Source: Acidobacteriota bacterium (GTDB lineage: Bacteria > Acidobacteriota > CAIWXX01). From it: a DNA stretch of 64,000 nt. The translations under genes were made by a program, and so were the position numbers. Under the pieces are notes generated by a model that saw only the letters and a program-made list of their open reading frames with translations, was not told the origin of the DNA and searched no databases. Where the stretch lies: NCBI GenBank assembly GCA_040755995.1, contig JBFMAF010000036.1:1-64000 (forward strand), read 5' to 3'. This document shows, in pieces, positions 42,269 to 52,454 of the stretch (within the stretch, counting starts at the first letter, position 1; each line of letters starts with the position of its first letter).

Positions 42269-44857
42269 ATGTTCCGGGATGAGATATTAGCGGTCCCGAC
42301 TCGGGAAGCGGCTGTCTCGCACGCTCCGAGGGAGAAAGACCCCCGTGTCGGTCGGTACCAGATACTCGAGAAGATCGGCGAAGGGGCGATGGGTGTTGTA
42401 TACCGAGCCCTCGATCCGGCCATCCAGCGCGTGGTCGCGATAAAGATGATGTCGGCGGGCCTCGACGACGATCCGACGATGCGCGAGCGCTTCTTCCGCG
42501 AGGCGCGCTCCGCCGGACAGCTCTCGCACAGAAACATCGTCACGATCTACGAGCTCGGTGAGGAGCAAGGGCGGGCCTATATCGTGATGGAGTTCATCGA
42601 GGGCGAGACTCTCCGCTACAGGCTTGCGCGGCGCCATGCGATGCCGCTGGACGAGAAGCTCCGGATCATGATCGAGGTCTGCATGGGAGTTGCGCACGCG
42701 CACTCGAAGGATGTCATCCATCGCGATCTCAAACCGGACAACATGTTCATCGCCAAGGACGGGTCGGTCAAGCTCCTGGACTTCGGTCTGGCCCGCGGCT
42801 CGACCTCCGACATGACCAAGGCGGGCACCGTGATGGGGACGCCGAGCTACATGTCGCCGGAACAGGTCAAGGGACTGAACGTCGACGGCCGTTCGGACAT
42901 ATTCTCGATGGGAGCCGTCTTCTACGAGCTCCTCGCAGCACGAAAACCCTTCCAGGCGCCCTCTTACGCGGCCACGTTCTACAAGATACTCAACGAGGAG
43001 CCGGAGCCGATAGAGACGGCTGATCCGTCGGTACCCGTGGAGCTGTCGAGGATTGTCGCGCGAGCGCTCAGGAAGTCGCCGGAGGAACGCTACCGGACGA
43101 GCGACGAGCTTCTATCAGCGCTCACGGAGTTCCGGAGAATCCGCCAGGAGGCACTTGCGGAGCAACGGATAGCCTCACGGACAGCCAGTACTTTGACTGC
43201 TGCATCAGCGCGACCGGATGAGCGGCGGGGCGCGGTGGAAGCAAGCCAGCGAGCGGTCGAGCACGTGCAGATGGCAGTGCGGCGGCCAGAGCCGCCCGTG
43301 GAGCCCTGCACGACGGCCGAGTTGGAGCAGGAGGAGGTCACGCGGCCGGGCGCCATCGCGTCCGCGGACTCGCGCGCGGGAGGAAGCGGTCGCGTGGGCA
43401 GCCTCCAGCAGACGCCGAGCCACAGGACGGCCGTCGGGACGGCCGCGAGCATCGACACCGACGCCCTCCGGCCCGCTCAGACGCCGATCCCGAGGACGGT
43501 CCTCGATCCGGACGCCGGGATCGACACCGACGCTCTGCGGCCGCCCCAGCGGCCGGCGCCAACGACACCCATTCCGCGCGATGCGACGGATCGGCCGGCA
43601 GTCAAGAGCAATGAGGATGCCCGGCAAGCACAGAGCATGCCGGGGACCGAGCCGTTGCACCCGCGCTTGCCGCAGAGCCGGCTCGTGTTGATCGCCGCCG
43701 TGCTGCTGGCGCTCGGCGCGGGCGCCCTGGCATTGCTCTTTCTTGCGCCGGAGAAGGCGCCTGCCGGGCCCTCAGCCTCGACGCCCGCACCAGCCGCCGG
43801 CGCCCCCTCCGATGCGATCATCAATCCGCCGTCCACGAGGGCCGTCTCTAACGCAGCGAGCAGCAGTTCATCGCCCGCGGCTCAGACCAAGGCACCAGGT
43901 GGGATGGGTGGGCCAACGGCCCGCGAGGCGAAAGGGTCGCAAGAAGTTGCTGATCGTATTGCGACAGGCAAGCGCGACGCCGCAGCACTGCTCGCTCAGC
44001 GCCGTCATGCCGAGGCCTTCGGCGCCGTCTCGGCAGTCTTGAAGGCGGATCCATCGGACGCGGAGGCCAAAGCTCTCCTTGCGCGCGTGACGGGCGAGCT
44101 CCGTGCATCAGCCGACGCGGCGATGAAGCAGGCGGGCACGGCCCGAGCGCGCGCAGAAGCGGCCGGGGCTGCAGTCGCAGCCGAGGATCTGTTTTCGAGA
44201 TCCAGGGCAGGCGAGGAGCAGGCGCGGCGGTTCTATGACTCGGGCGATTTCGCTCGCGCGGCCGAAACCTACCAGGCCGCAGCCGGTACATATATTCAGG
44301 CGGCAGAGGCTTCGAGCAGAGTGACCAAGCCGGTTGGATCGCCGGGGAAGGGCGCAGTCCCTTCCGAGCATGTCGCGCCCGCGGCGCCGGTACCGCCGCC
44401 GGTGAGATCCGAGTCCCCCCCGATCCCGGCCTCGAATGGCCCGCCCGCGGCGGCGCCGTCTGCGGCACCGCCGGTCGGGCTGAACGCGTCCCAGCCGCAG
44501 CCTTCCCAATCTCCCGCGCTGGACCGCGGCGACGAACGGGAGGAAGTGAACCAGATGCTGCAGCGTTATGCCAGGGCGCTCGAAAGAAAGGACATGGGAC
44601 TTGTCCTGTCAATCTGGCCGACGTTGGGTGCCGCCGAGCAGCGGCGCATTCAGGAAAGCTTCAAGTTCACGAGGGCGCACGACGTGACGATCTCGATTGT
44701 GGCAGCGCAGTTGGATGGTGGCACTGGGACCGTCACGTGCGACAGAGTAGATGAGATCGTCACAACGGACGGGCAGAAGGTTCCGCCCAATCGGAGCCGG
44801 CCCACGTTTGTAGTTCGGAAGACAGCAGATGGATGGACGATTGTCTCGGTTCGATAG
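42269..44857 (+). CDS. Hanks-type membrane Ser/Thr protein kinase
   Basis: GEGAMGVVY, VAIK, HRDLKPDN, DFG, GTPSYMSPE; TM; helical region; NTF2-like C-terminus. Confidence 0.95.
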   Translation: MFRDEILAVPTREAAVSHAPREKDPRVGRYQILEKIGEGAMGVVYRALDPAIQRVVAIKMMSAGLDDDPTMRERFFREARSAGQLSHRNIVTIYELGEEQGRAYIVMEFIEGETLRYRLARRHAMPLDEKLRIMIEVCMGVAHAHSKDVIHRDLKPDNMFIAKDGSVKLLDFGLARGSTSDMTKAGTVMGTPSYMSPEQVKGLNVDGRSDIFSMGAVFYELLAARKPFQAPSYAATFYKILNEEPEPIETADPSVPVELSRIVARALRKSPEERYRTSDELLSALTEFRRIRQEALAEQRIASRTASTLTAASARPDERRGAVEASQRAVEHVQMAVRRPEPPVEPCTTAELEQEEVTRPGAIASADSRAGGSGRVGSLQQTPSHRTAVGTAASIDTDALRPAQTPIPRTVLDPDAGIDTDALRPPQRPAPTTPIPRDATDRPAVKSNEDARQAQSMPGTEPLHPRLPQSRLVLIAAVLLALGAGALALLFLAPEKAPAGPSASTPAPAAGAPSDAIINPPSTRAVSNAASSSSSPAAQTKAPGGMGGPTAREAKGSQEVADRIATGKRDAAALLAQRRHAEAFGAVSAVLKADPSDAEAKALLARVTGELRASADAAMKQAGTARARAEAAGAAVAAEDLFSRSRAGEEQARRFYDSGDFARAAETYQAAAGTYIQAAEASSRVTKPVGSPGKGAVPSEHVAPAAPVPPPVRSESPPIPASNGPPAAAPSAAPPVGLNASQPQPSQSPALDRGDEREEVNQMLQRYARALERKDMGLVLSIWPTLGAAEQRRIQESFKFTRAHDVTISIVAAQLDGGTGTVTCDRVDEIVTTDGQKVPPNRSRPTFVVRKTADGWTIVSVR

Positions 44858-44887
44858 ACCTGTTTTCACGTCCGGGGCAGTTCGGCT

Positions 44888-44952
44888 CGGATGTGACATC
44901 CGCGACTTTCAAGGTTCAACAGTCAGCACGAGGTCCTGGCAGCCGGACCTCG
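44888..44952. promoter_or_regulatory. Palindrome and hairpin upstream of OMP gene
   Basis: CGGATGT-G-ACATCCG 44888-44902; CGAGGTCC/GGACCTCG stem 44929-44952. Confidence 0.4.
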
Positions 44953-44969
44953 CAAGTAGGAGATGAACA

Positions 44970-46271
44970 ATGCTCAGGAAAACCATAGTGCTCTTGCTCG
45001 CCGCCGCCGCTCCCGTCGCGGCCGACGGCTACTCCGGGGACAAGCTCGCGTTCCTGATTCCGGGACTGTACGGTCCTAGTGGGCTGATCGTGGACAGCGA
45101 TGCGCCGCTGCCCAACGGCCAAACGCACAGCGCCCATTTCAACGGTTCGTTCACACTTTCCTTCTCTCAACTCAACGTTGCTCAGGCGAGCCAGCTGGCG
45201 TCAGTGCCCATAGCCTCGCCGGCATCCGGTTTCACCTACGCGTTCGATCCCGGCTCCGGCGTCTTCACTCGCTCGACCAACAGCTTTGGGCCGATAGTTG
45301 CCGACCGCGCAGAGACGATCGGGCGTGGCAAGTTCATGGTGGGATTCAGCTACCAGCGCTTCAGCTTCGACACAATCGAGGGGATGGACCTCGACTCGCT
45401 TCCGGCTGTCTTCACGCATGACGATTACCAGCTCGGAGGCGGCCGGGCCGATATCGTCACGACTGTGAACAACATCAACCTCACCCAGGATCAGTTCACG
45501 ACGGTCTTCGGCTACGGCCTCCTCGACCGGTTCGACGTCTCTCTCGCAGTGCCGGTCGTACGCACAGATCTTGCGGTAACCTCCACGGCGACGATCCAGC
45601 GCGTCGGAACGGGCCAGGAGCGGGAGATTCACTACTTCAGAGACGCCTCCGGCAACCTCGGCGACACCCGCGTGTACACGGATTCCGGCGAGGCGACGGG
45701 CATTGGGGACATGATCCTGCGAATCAAGGGCACGGCCCTGAGGCGAGGATCCTTCGGCCTGGCGCTGGCCGCCGATTTCAGGTTCCCCACGGGCGACGAA
45801 GAAAACCTGCTGGGATCGGGCGCGATGGGCATCAAACCGTACGGCGCAGTCTCGTGGTCGCACGGCCGGTTGTCTCCGCATCTGAACGTAGGCTATGAAT
45901 GGAACGGCGACAGCGTGCTCGCCGGCGACATCCTCTCGGGCACCAAGGGCGATTTCCCAGATCAGTTCCTGTACACCGTCGGCGCGGATGTCGGTGTGAA
46001 CAAGCGCCTGACCCTCGCGTTCGACTTCCTGGGCAACAGGGTGATCGACTCCCCGCGCGCCGTCCCGACGACATTCACGGCGGATAACGGCCAGACTTTC
46101 TCGGATCTACTGTTCGAAAAGGGATCCTTCAATCAGTCGAGCGCCTCGGTGGGCATCAAGGCCAACGCCGGCGCGCGGCTTCTCGTCGATTTTAACATCC
46201 TCTTCAGGCTGGACGACAACGGGCTGCGCGACAGGGCCACGCCGCTGGTCGGGGTGGAGTACAACTTCTGA
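44970..46271 (+). CDS. Outer-membrane beta-barrel protein (phenol-MetA-like transporter)
   Basis: Signal peptide, GIGDMILRIK, FPTGD..LLGSG, C-terminal EYNF. Confidence 0.8.
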   Translation: MLRKTIVLLLAAAAPVAADGYSGDKLAFLIPGLYGPSGLIVDSDAPLPNGQTHSAHFNGSFTLSFSQLNVAQASQLASVPIASPASGFTYAFDPGSGVFTRSTNSFGPIVADRAETIGRGKFMVGFSYQRFSFDTIEGMDLDSLPAVFTHDDYQLGGGRADIVTTVNNINLTQDQFTTVFGYGLLDRFDVSLAVPVVRTDLAVTSTATIQRVGTGQEREIHYFRDASGNLGDTRVYTDSGEATGIGDMILRIKGTALRRGSFGLALAADFRFPTGDEENLLGSGAMGIKPYGAVSWSHGRLSPHLNVGYEWNGDSVLAGDILSGTKGDFPDQFLYTVGADVGVNKRLTLAFDFLGNRVIDSPRAVPTTFTADNGQTFSDLLFEKGSFNQSSASVGIKANAGARLLVDFNILFRLDDNGLRDRATPLVGVEYNF

Positions 46272-46277
46272 GAACGC

Positions 46278-46365
46278 GACGCGGAGGCACAGGGACACGG
46301 AGACGCGGTGAAGGGCCGTTCTTCCGGCTCTCCGCGTCTCCCCCTCACCGCGTCCCTGCATCCCT
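46278..46365. repeat. Inverted octamer arrays forming a hairpin between convergent genes
   Basis: gacgcgga ggcacagg gacacgga gacgcggt ... ctccgcgt ctccccct caccgcgt ccctgcat. Confidence 0.7.
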
Positions 46366-46488
46366 GGTACAAGTCACAGGCTTCCCACGCCAGCCGGAAA
46401 CAGACCGCATCTCGGCGACCGTTCGCATCGATCACAACCTATTGCGGCCGGACACTCCAGCCCGGAAGCGCCATGATGGTGGTGCGGG

Positions 46489-47439
46489 CTACCAGCCGGC
46501 TCCCAGCGCGATCCACGACAACCACTCGCGCGCGGAGCGGCGCTTCAGCGCGGGCATCCGCTTCGCCCAGAGTGATCGGAGCTCCCCGACAACCACATGC
46601 CTGGCCCTCAGCAGCGCCCGAGCCGGCGCCTTTGCGCGGATAGCATTCAGGTACCTGAGCTCATCCAGCACAATGCGCGCCGGACAAGTGAGTGCGGCAC
46701 GGACCGGGAGGTTCTTGACGAAAGTGCGCAGCCGATTCCTCTCGCTGAGAAACCAGAGCAGACCTGGATCGAACGCATCGCTGGTGCCATGCACCTTGTG
46801 GTAGGCGACGGCCTGAGGCATGAGCGTCGAATGCCATCCCTTCAGCCGGGCCCTCCAGCCGACGTCGAGATCCTCGTAGTAGGCGAAGTAGGTGGGGTCG
46901 AAGAGGCCTAGTTCTTCCAGCATGCTCCTGCGGTACACCGCGGCTCCGCTGGACGCAGCGAAAATCGGCGCGGCGTCGACCACACTTTCTGCGGGACGGT
47001 TGCGGAAGAGGCGGCGAGCCGCTCCGCAGGCGCGAAGTCCGAGGCCGCACCCATCGATCATGCCGGGGTTCTGCTCCTGCAGGTTCTTGCCCTGAACCGC
47101 GAAGCAGTGTGGGTCCTTCTCGATTTCCTCGACCAGGCATGAAAGCCAGTTCGGGTCCAACGTGATGTCGTTGTTGACCGTGGCGATCCAGCTTCCCGCG
47201 GCGCGCACGAAGGCGGCGTTGTTTGCCGGACCGAAGCCGGCGTTGCCGGCGAGCTCGATAGCCTGCACATCAGGCAGCTTGCGAAGGAATTCCTGGCTGC
47301 CGTCAGTCGAGCCGTTGTCGACGACGATCAGCTCGAAGTCTCTGAACGACTGTTGCAGCACCGAAGGCAGGTGGAGTTCGAGCAGGTGACGGCCGTTCCA
47401 GTTGACGATGACGACGGTGACCGCGGGGGCTGTTCTCAT
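46489..47439 (-). CDS. Glycosyltransferase family 2
   Basis: VIVNWNG, VVDNGSTDGS, NND, FAYYEDLD. Confidence 0.93.
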   Translation of the reverse strand: MRTAPAVTVVIVNWNGRHLLELHLPSVLQQSFRDFELIVVDNGSTDGSQEFLRKLPDVQAIELAGNAGFGPANNAAFVRAAGSWIATVNNDITLDPNWLSCLVEEIEKDPHCFAVQGKNLQEQNPGMIDGCGLGLRACGAARRLFRNRPAESVVDAAPIFAASSGAAVYRRSMLEELGLFDPTYFAYYEDLDVGWRARLKGWHSTLMPQAVAYHKVHGTSDAFDPGLLWFLSERNRLRTFVKNLPVRAALTCPARIVLDELRYLNAIRAKAPARALLRARHVVVGELRSLWAKRMPALKRRSAREWLSWIALGAGW

Positions 47440-47477
47440 GCAAGGCTTCTCAGCAGAAACGCCGGCTGCTACTCTAT

Positions 47478-47536
47478 ACAGCGCGTCATGGGTTCACAAC
47501 AGATTCAACGAGTCGACCCATTGCATGACGTGCTGT
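47478..47536. repeat. 59-bp element bounded by 13-bp inverted repeats
   Basis: ACAGCGCGTCATG ... CATGACGTGCTGT (12/13). Confidence 0.55.
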
Positions 47537-47638
47537 TTGGACCGCCCTGTGGTCGGGCACAAGCCGCCAGTGCAGGCTGGGCCTGCGAAAGCGAATGTCG
47601 CCGGCAACCCCTGTGGATGGCGCCCCAGCCGCCGCCGG

Positions 47639-48847
47639 TCAGGCACCCTTTTCCTTACCCAACCTGGCCTGGATAAATTCGAACGCCTTGATGACGTCCT
47701 TTACGTCGGACTCTGACCGGCACTGGAAGCTTTGCTTGTCGAGTGGCTCCGTACGGCGTCCGTCTTCGTATTTCCCGATGCCACCATGGCATTCGACCAC
47801 GAGCGCCTCTTCGGATTCGTGGTCGAACAAATTGAGCAGCGATTTGAGAAGAGCAGTCGCGTGTCCCTGGCCGAACTTACAGGCCCGGACATCGAACAGG
47901 AAGGTATTCTCCATCGAGTTCATCAAGGCGACTCCCTTGTCGTTGACCCTCATCAGGATGGAGTACTTCAGACGGTCGTTGATGTAGTCGACCGCTTCGG
48001 GGATCGTCGAATAAGACTTCGTCCTGGTTCCGGTCACGGCCTTCAGATTATTCACGGTCGCCGCATCCATCCCCGTGAAGGCGCTCTTGATGAAGTACAG
48101 AGCCCTTATCGTCTGGTATGCACCATCGCTACTCGCGACCTGGAACGACTCCCGCGAGACCACTCTTCCGCGGTCCTTTCCCGATAGCGATATGCACCAC
48201 TCGCCGTAGACTCTGACCTGAGGCTCGTCGCCCAGATCGTTGAATCCGAATTCAGCCTCTTTGATCTGCACGTCGTATATGTCGTCCGGGGCGTTGATCA
48301 GCATCCTGCCGTTCCGGTCCACCTTCATGATGGCGGAGATCGTCATTATCTCATTGATGAAGTCGATCGCCTCTGTCACGCTCTTGTACCGGCTGGAAGT
48401 AGGGCCGGTGTCGATCTTGGCGTCGTACGTTTCGAAGCCCTTGTCGCGCTCCACGTATGACTTCCTTAGGCGCCTGAAGGCGTCGATCACTTCACGGGCA
48501 TATTTTTCGGACTTGCACAGAAAGGACTGTCTGTGGGAAGTCTCTTCAAGATGACCGCCGTCGTACTGCCCGATGCAATATTCGCAAAAGACCCTCACCC
48601 TGGCATCGTCGTTCAATCCGTTGTAGTTGAAAGATGCCTCTTTGATGTCGAACTTGAACGTATCGTCGGGTGCCTTGATGCTGACAAGCCCGTCCTCGGC
48701 AATCCTCTCGATAGAGGAGCGCGACATTCTGAGGTTGATGTACTCGATGAGGTCGTCGACAGCAGGACTCTGGCCGTACGCGGGATTCATCTGCGAAAGA
48801 GCGATCACAGAGAAGCAGCACAGCAGCTTCTTAAGGTTGGACTTCAT
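47639..48847 (-). CDS. Secreted hypothetical protein with three ~120-aa tandem domains
   Basis: Signal peptide; I(E/D)(Y/F)IN...G...(R/K)(Q/E)SF...I.A repeated three times. Confidence 0.8.
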   Translation of the reverse strand: MKSNLKKLLCCFSVIALSQMNPAYGQSPAVDDLIEYINLRMSRSSIERIAEDGLVSIKAPDDTFKFDIKEASFNYNGLNDDARVRVFCEYCIGQYDGGHLEETSHRQSFLCKSEKYAREVIDAFRRLRKSYVERDKGFETYDAKIDTGPTSSRYKSVTEAIDFINEIMTISAIMKVDRNGRMLINAPDDIYDVQIKEAEFGFNDLGDEPQVRVYGEWCISLSGKDRGRVVSRESFQVASSDGAYQTIRALYFIKSAFTGMDAATVNNLKAVTGTRTKSYSTIPEAVDYINDRLKYSILMRVNDKGVALMNSMENTFLFDVRACKFGQGHATALLKSLLNLFDHESEEALVVECHGGIGKYEDGRRTEPLDKQSFQCRSESDVKDVIKAFEFIQARLGKEKGA

Positions 48848-48959
48848 ATGCCTTTGCCTCCAGTTTCTTCTAGACATCCCTCAGAACCCTATGACGGATT
48901 CTGGCACCGAAATGTTCCGATCACCGCCAGGCTACAGAGCGCACGCGCGTAGTCTAGTT

Positions 48960-49288
48960 CGCGGTTCAGAACACCGATGTACTCGGCCACGAGAACCAGG
49001 CTCCCGACTACGTCACCTGGGTGCAGACCTACCAGCAGTTCTGCACGCACCGGTGTCCGCTGGCGCGAGCTCGCCATCAGGCTTCTTTACGAAGCCGGCG
49101 AGCAGGAGGGCGCCGTTCGGGCAGCTCGCGACGGCGTCGCAGTCCACCTGTCCGGGTCCTATCTCTGGTTCCTGCTCGCGGACATCCTGAACAGGTGCCC
49201 TCAGCTGGCCGCCCCCGGCGAGGCCGAAGCCCACCTGCAGCGATCTCTGTCGCTCAACGCCCGCCTCTTCGACGCGGTCTCGGGTTGA
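48960..49288 (+). pseudogene. TPR-like protein fragment
   Basis: LWFLLADIL...AEAHLQRSLSLNARLFDA; no start, apparent frameshift upstream. Confidence 0.45.
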
Positions 49289-49665
49289 GCGGCCCTTCTC
49301 GTCGTGGCCGATGGCGAGGTCTTCCTCCTGATGTCGGTGCCCGTCGCGCACCTCGACCGGGCCCCGATCGGCCGCATGTCCGTGCAGCTCGATGGCCAGG
49401 AGTTCGTAACCGGCCCCGACGGCAAGGTCCAGGCATTTGCGCAGTAGGGCAGCGAGGAGTGCACGGCACCATGAGTCACACATCCCTAGCCGATGCAATG
49501 AACGATATCGACCTGCCGCAGCTAGAACGCTCACGCGGCGGACAGGCTTAGCGAACCAGGCAGGATGCCGGGAAACGCCAAGCCAGTCGATGTCGTTGCT
49601 GCGTCCTGGCGATGATCTGCTCGTGGAGACTCCGAGATGCGCGTTCCGGCCATTGCCGGTACAGC

Positions 49666-50733
49666 CTACCTTGGGTCTCTCCCGGAAGAGCTCGAGTCGT
49701 CACTCAAGCGATCGTGGATATCGAGAACCTCCTGCCAGTTCTCCGCCAATGCTCTCACGCACTCAGGATCGAGCTGAGTCTGAGCCAGGCGGCGCAGCAC
49801 TTCCAGGGCGCTTTCGGGCTTCAGAGGGTGCTGGTACGGGCGCGGAGATACCTGGGCATCGAACGCGTCTGCTACTGCCACGATACGGGCGCGGATTGGA
49901 ATGGCGTCGCCTTTGAGCCCGTTCGGATAGCCCGAGCCATCGAGTTTCTCGTGGTGACAGAGCGCGATCTCGGCCGCCGCCCGCAGCACCATGGAGTCGC
50001 TGTCTTTCAACATACTGTGTCCAAACACGGTATGCTGCCACATGACCTCCTGCTCATCCTCCGTCAGCGGGCCGGGTTTCAGGAGCACAGAGTCGGGGAT
50101 TGCCACCTTCCCCAGGTCGTGCATCAACGCTGCGTCCGACAGCAATTCCTGCTCCTCCTCCGGCATCCCCATGTTCCGGGCGATGTGCCTGCTGTACTCG
50201 GCAATGCGCATGAGGTGCGAGCTGTTGGCGCAATCCTTGCACCCGGCTGCCCGCGAAAGGCGCACTATGGTCTCCCTTTCCCGCGCCGCAATTTCAGCTA
50301 CGGCCTTCTTGACCTCACCCGTCAGCCACTCGGCGCGTTCGGCGAGTTGAAGCTGTGACCGGCGGAGCAACAGCATGTTCAGGGCTCTTGCGATGAACTC
50401 GACCGGATCGATTGGTTTGGCCAGGAAGTCGTTCGCCCCCAACTGGAACGCCCGGTATCGAAGCTCCCGCTCATCGGTGGAAGTCACTACTATAACTGGG
50501 ATCTCAGCCCTGGATGGGAATCCCTTGAACCGGCTCACGATCTTCAAGCTCTCGGGTTCGAGCGTCAGATTGTCGATGATCACCAGGTCGGGCTCTTGCT
50601 GGGCGCAGTACTCGATCCCTTCGGCCGAAGTCGCAAAGGCGACCGCCGTCACATCACCGAGCCTCCGTACCAGCTCTTCGAGCATCTGAGCGTTGAGTGG
50701 GTTGTCGCCCACAATCATCATCACATCTGCCAT
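49666..50733 (-). CDS. Response regulator with HD-GYP domain (RpfG-like)
   Basis: REC GANDFLAKP; MHDLGK, HHEKLDGSGYP, ADAFDA, RPY. Confidence 0.92.
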   Translation of the reverse strand: MADVMMIVGDNPLNAQMLEELVRRLGDVTAVAFATSAEGIEYCAQQEPDLVIIDNLTLEPESLKIVSRFKGFPSRAEIPVIVVTSTDERELRYRAFQLGANDFLAKPIDPVEFIARALNMLLLRRSQLQLAERAEWLTGEVKKAVAEIAARERETIVRLSRAAGCKDCANSSHLMRIAEYSRHIARNMGMPEEEQELLSDAALMHDLGKVAIPDSVLLKPGPLTEDEQEVMWQHTVFGHSMLKDSDSMVLRAAAEIALCHHEKLDGSGYPNGLKGDAIPIRARIVAVADAFDAQVSPRPYQHPLKPESALEVLRRLAQTQLDPECVRALAENWQEVLDIHDRLSDDSSSSGRDPR

Positions 50734-51021
50734 GTCGATGCTCCTTCGCCGAAAGAGCCGTCGGGAACCTCACATGTCCGCAAGCGCGGGGAACAACTGT
50801 TCGACTTCATGTACGGATCATACGCGGCCGATGTGGTCAGATCAACTACCTGTTTGCGGCAGGGGCGCTTCTCGATCTCGTGAGGGTGGGTGGCCCGCCG
50901 GCTCCGTTCGAAGACCGCTAGCGCTCATCGAACAAGCTGTGCGAGTGGGTGGGCGATGACTTCGAGGGCGGCTCAATCTTGCGGACGATGAGGCGCCAAA
51001 GCCCGGAATCCCAGAGGCTAC

Positions 51022-51580
51022 TCAGAAGTCGAGCCCGTCTGAGGCGAAGCGGTCAGGGGCAGGCTCGACCCCGAACCTTTCTGACAGCACCTTCCGGAGC
51101 TCCGCAGCGACCGCAATCAGCTGGCCCAGGCTCGATGCCATCACGGCCGTGTTCACGAAGGCCAGGGGTTCGACGACCTCGATCCCGATGATGTCATCGC
51201 GTAGTGAGAGGCGGCAGGCCCTTGCCGAATGATCGTTGGCTGCGGTGAGGAATCGGAGGACCGGGAGCGGATCGGCGGCGGGCAGGATCCCGAGCCGCGA
51301 GTAAAACGCCAACTCGCGGCCGTCCTCGACGACGTCGACCCACACCTGCGCTGCATCGGCATGGAGCAACCATACCCCCGAGCTGATCCGGGAGGCGGCT
51401 GCGTCGAATCCGAGGGACTCGATCAGCAGCGACGCAAGCGCTGCGGTCGAACGAAAGCTGACACTCGTCGTTTCTTCACCAAAGCCTAGAATGCATCCGC
51501 AGCCAGTGCACCAACGATCTGTCGGTGCGTGTGGGCGCATGCAGGTCGGACAGGCGTAGGTGGCGTGCGGCAGTGGGTTA
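51022..51580 (-). pseudogene. Zn-ribbon + YbjN/CesT-like domain, probably 5'-truncated
   Basis: In-frame YACPTC-x10-CTGC upstream of the listed ATG, then YbjN-like domain; no RBS. Confidence 0.55.
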
Positions 51581-51860
51581 GTTTCGCGAGCGCATCGCGC
51601 CCTCTGGGGGTGATACGGTACTGCTGCCGCTTGCTGCGCGGTCTGTCAGGGATCATCGTTTCCAGGAGTCCCTCTCACACAAGGCGCGCGACGGCTTTCC
51701 TGAACGCACCAGTTCGAGCGGCATAGCCCAAGGTCTTCAGTAGTTCCGGCGCCGTTCTGACATTCCCCGCGCAAGCTTGCAGCACCGTGCGCTCGATCCC
51801 GGTCATCGGCTCATGGACCTCATGTACCTCATCGATTAGTCCGGCGCTGTGCGGTGACAC
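51580..51860 (-). pseudogene. Fic/RecG-type C-terminal winged-helix fragment with internal stop
   Basis: ELLKTLGY...ARLV*EGLLETMIPDRPRSKRQQYRIT; TGA at 51675-51677. Confidence 0.65.
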
Positions 51861-51990
51861 ATCCACCTCTTGCCCGCGCGTTGGAAGGTGCCCCCCCTTG
51901 TTCGGGGAAATATTTTCCAGCATCTCGCCCTTGTGTCCAGCTCCTGATCTTTCCGGAGCCACAAGCAGATGTGCTAGAATAGAGGGCAGG

Positions 51991-52212
51991 ATGGCTGTGA
52001 TGTCGAATGAGTCCGCTGACCGTGCCGTCCTTCTGGCACGGCTTGAAGAGATAGCCGAGGAGCTGATAGCGATTCGGTCCGCGCTGCTGGTGAGCGAAGA
52101 CGCGGCTCCGCAAGGGGATATCAGCTTCACAGAACAACTTCATGGCTGTATGGGCGAGGAACCGCTGGCCCGCTATGACTACTCGCTTGACTGGCGCCGC
52201 TTCGATAGGTAA
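51991..52212 (+). CDS. Putative antitoxin
   Basis: 73 aa, TGcTAGAAT upstream, TAATG coupling to PIN-like ORF. Confidence 0.55.
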   Translation: MAVMSNESADRAVLLARLEEIAEELIAIRSALLVSEDAAPQGDISFTEQLHGCMGEEPLARYDYSLDWRRFDR

Positions 52213-52295
52213 TGGCTGCCAGTCTGCTTGAGTTCACGGAGCGGGTCATCTATCTCGACACGATGATCCTATACGGCTTCGTTCGGGCCGATGCC
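52212..52295 (+). pseudogene. PIN-domain toxin N-terminal fragment
   Basis: VIYLDTMILY, then runs into the opposite-strand gene. Confidence 0.6.
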
Positions 52296-52454
52296 CTTCT
52301 CGAACACTATCACGCGCTGCTCCTTGCCCGAATCCGCAAGGCTGACCCTCCTCTTCCGGCTCATCTCCTTCATCTCGCGCACGGTTCTCTCGAAGAAGTC
52401 GGATACGTGCCCGCAGTCACACTCGAAGGATGATGGGAAGATCTCTTTCGGCAT
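52269..52454 (-). CDS. Small CDCGH-motif protein, possibly 3'-truncated
   Basis: RBS GAGGA; MPKEIFPSSFECDCGHVSDF. Confidence 0.55.
   Translation of the reverse strand: MPKEIFPSSFECDCGHVSDFFERTVREMKEMSRKRRVSLADSGKEQRVIVFEKGIGPNEAV

Noticed and set aside
49290..49446. Short + strand coding-like stretch (ALLVVADGEVF...KVQAFAQ*)
   Set aside because: Probably another gene tail, but no recognisable family or start
51675..51677. Selenocysteine readthrough at the in-frame TGA
   Set aside because: Not a Cys-equivalent redox position, lies in a fragment, no evident SECIS; best read as a nonsense mutation
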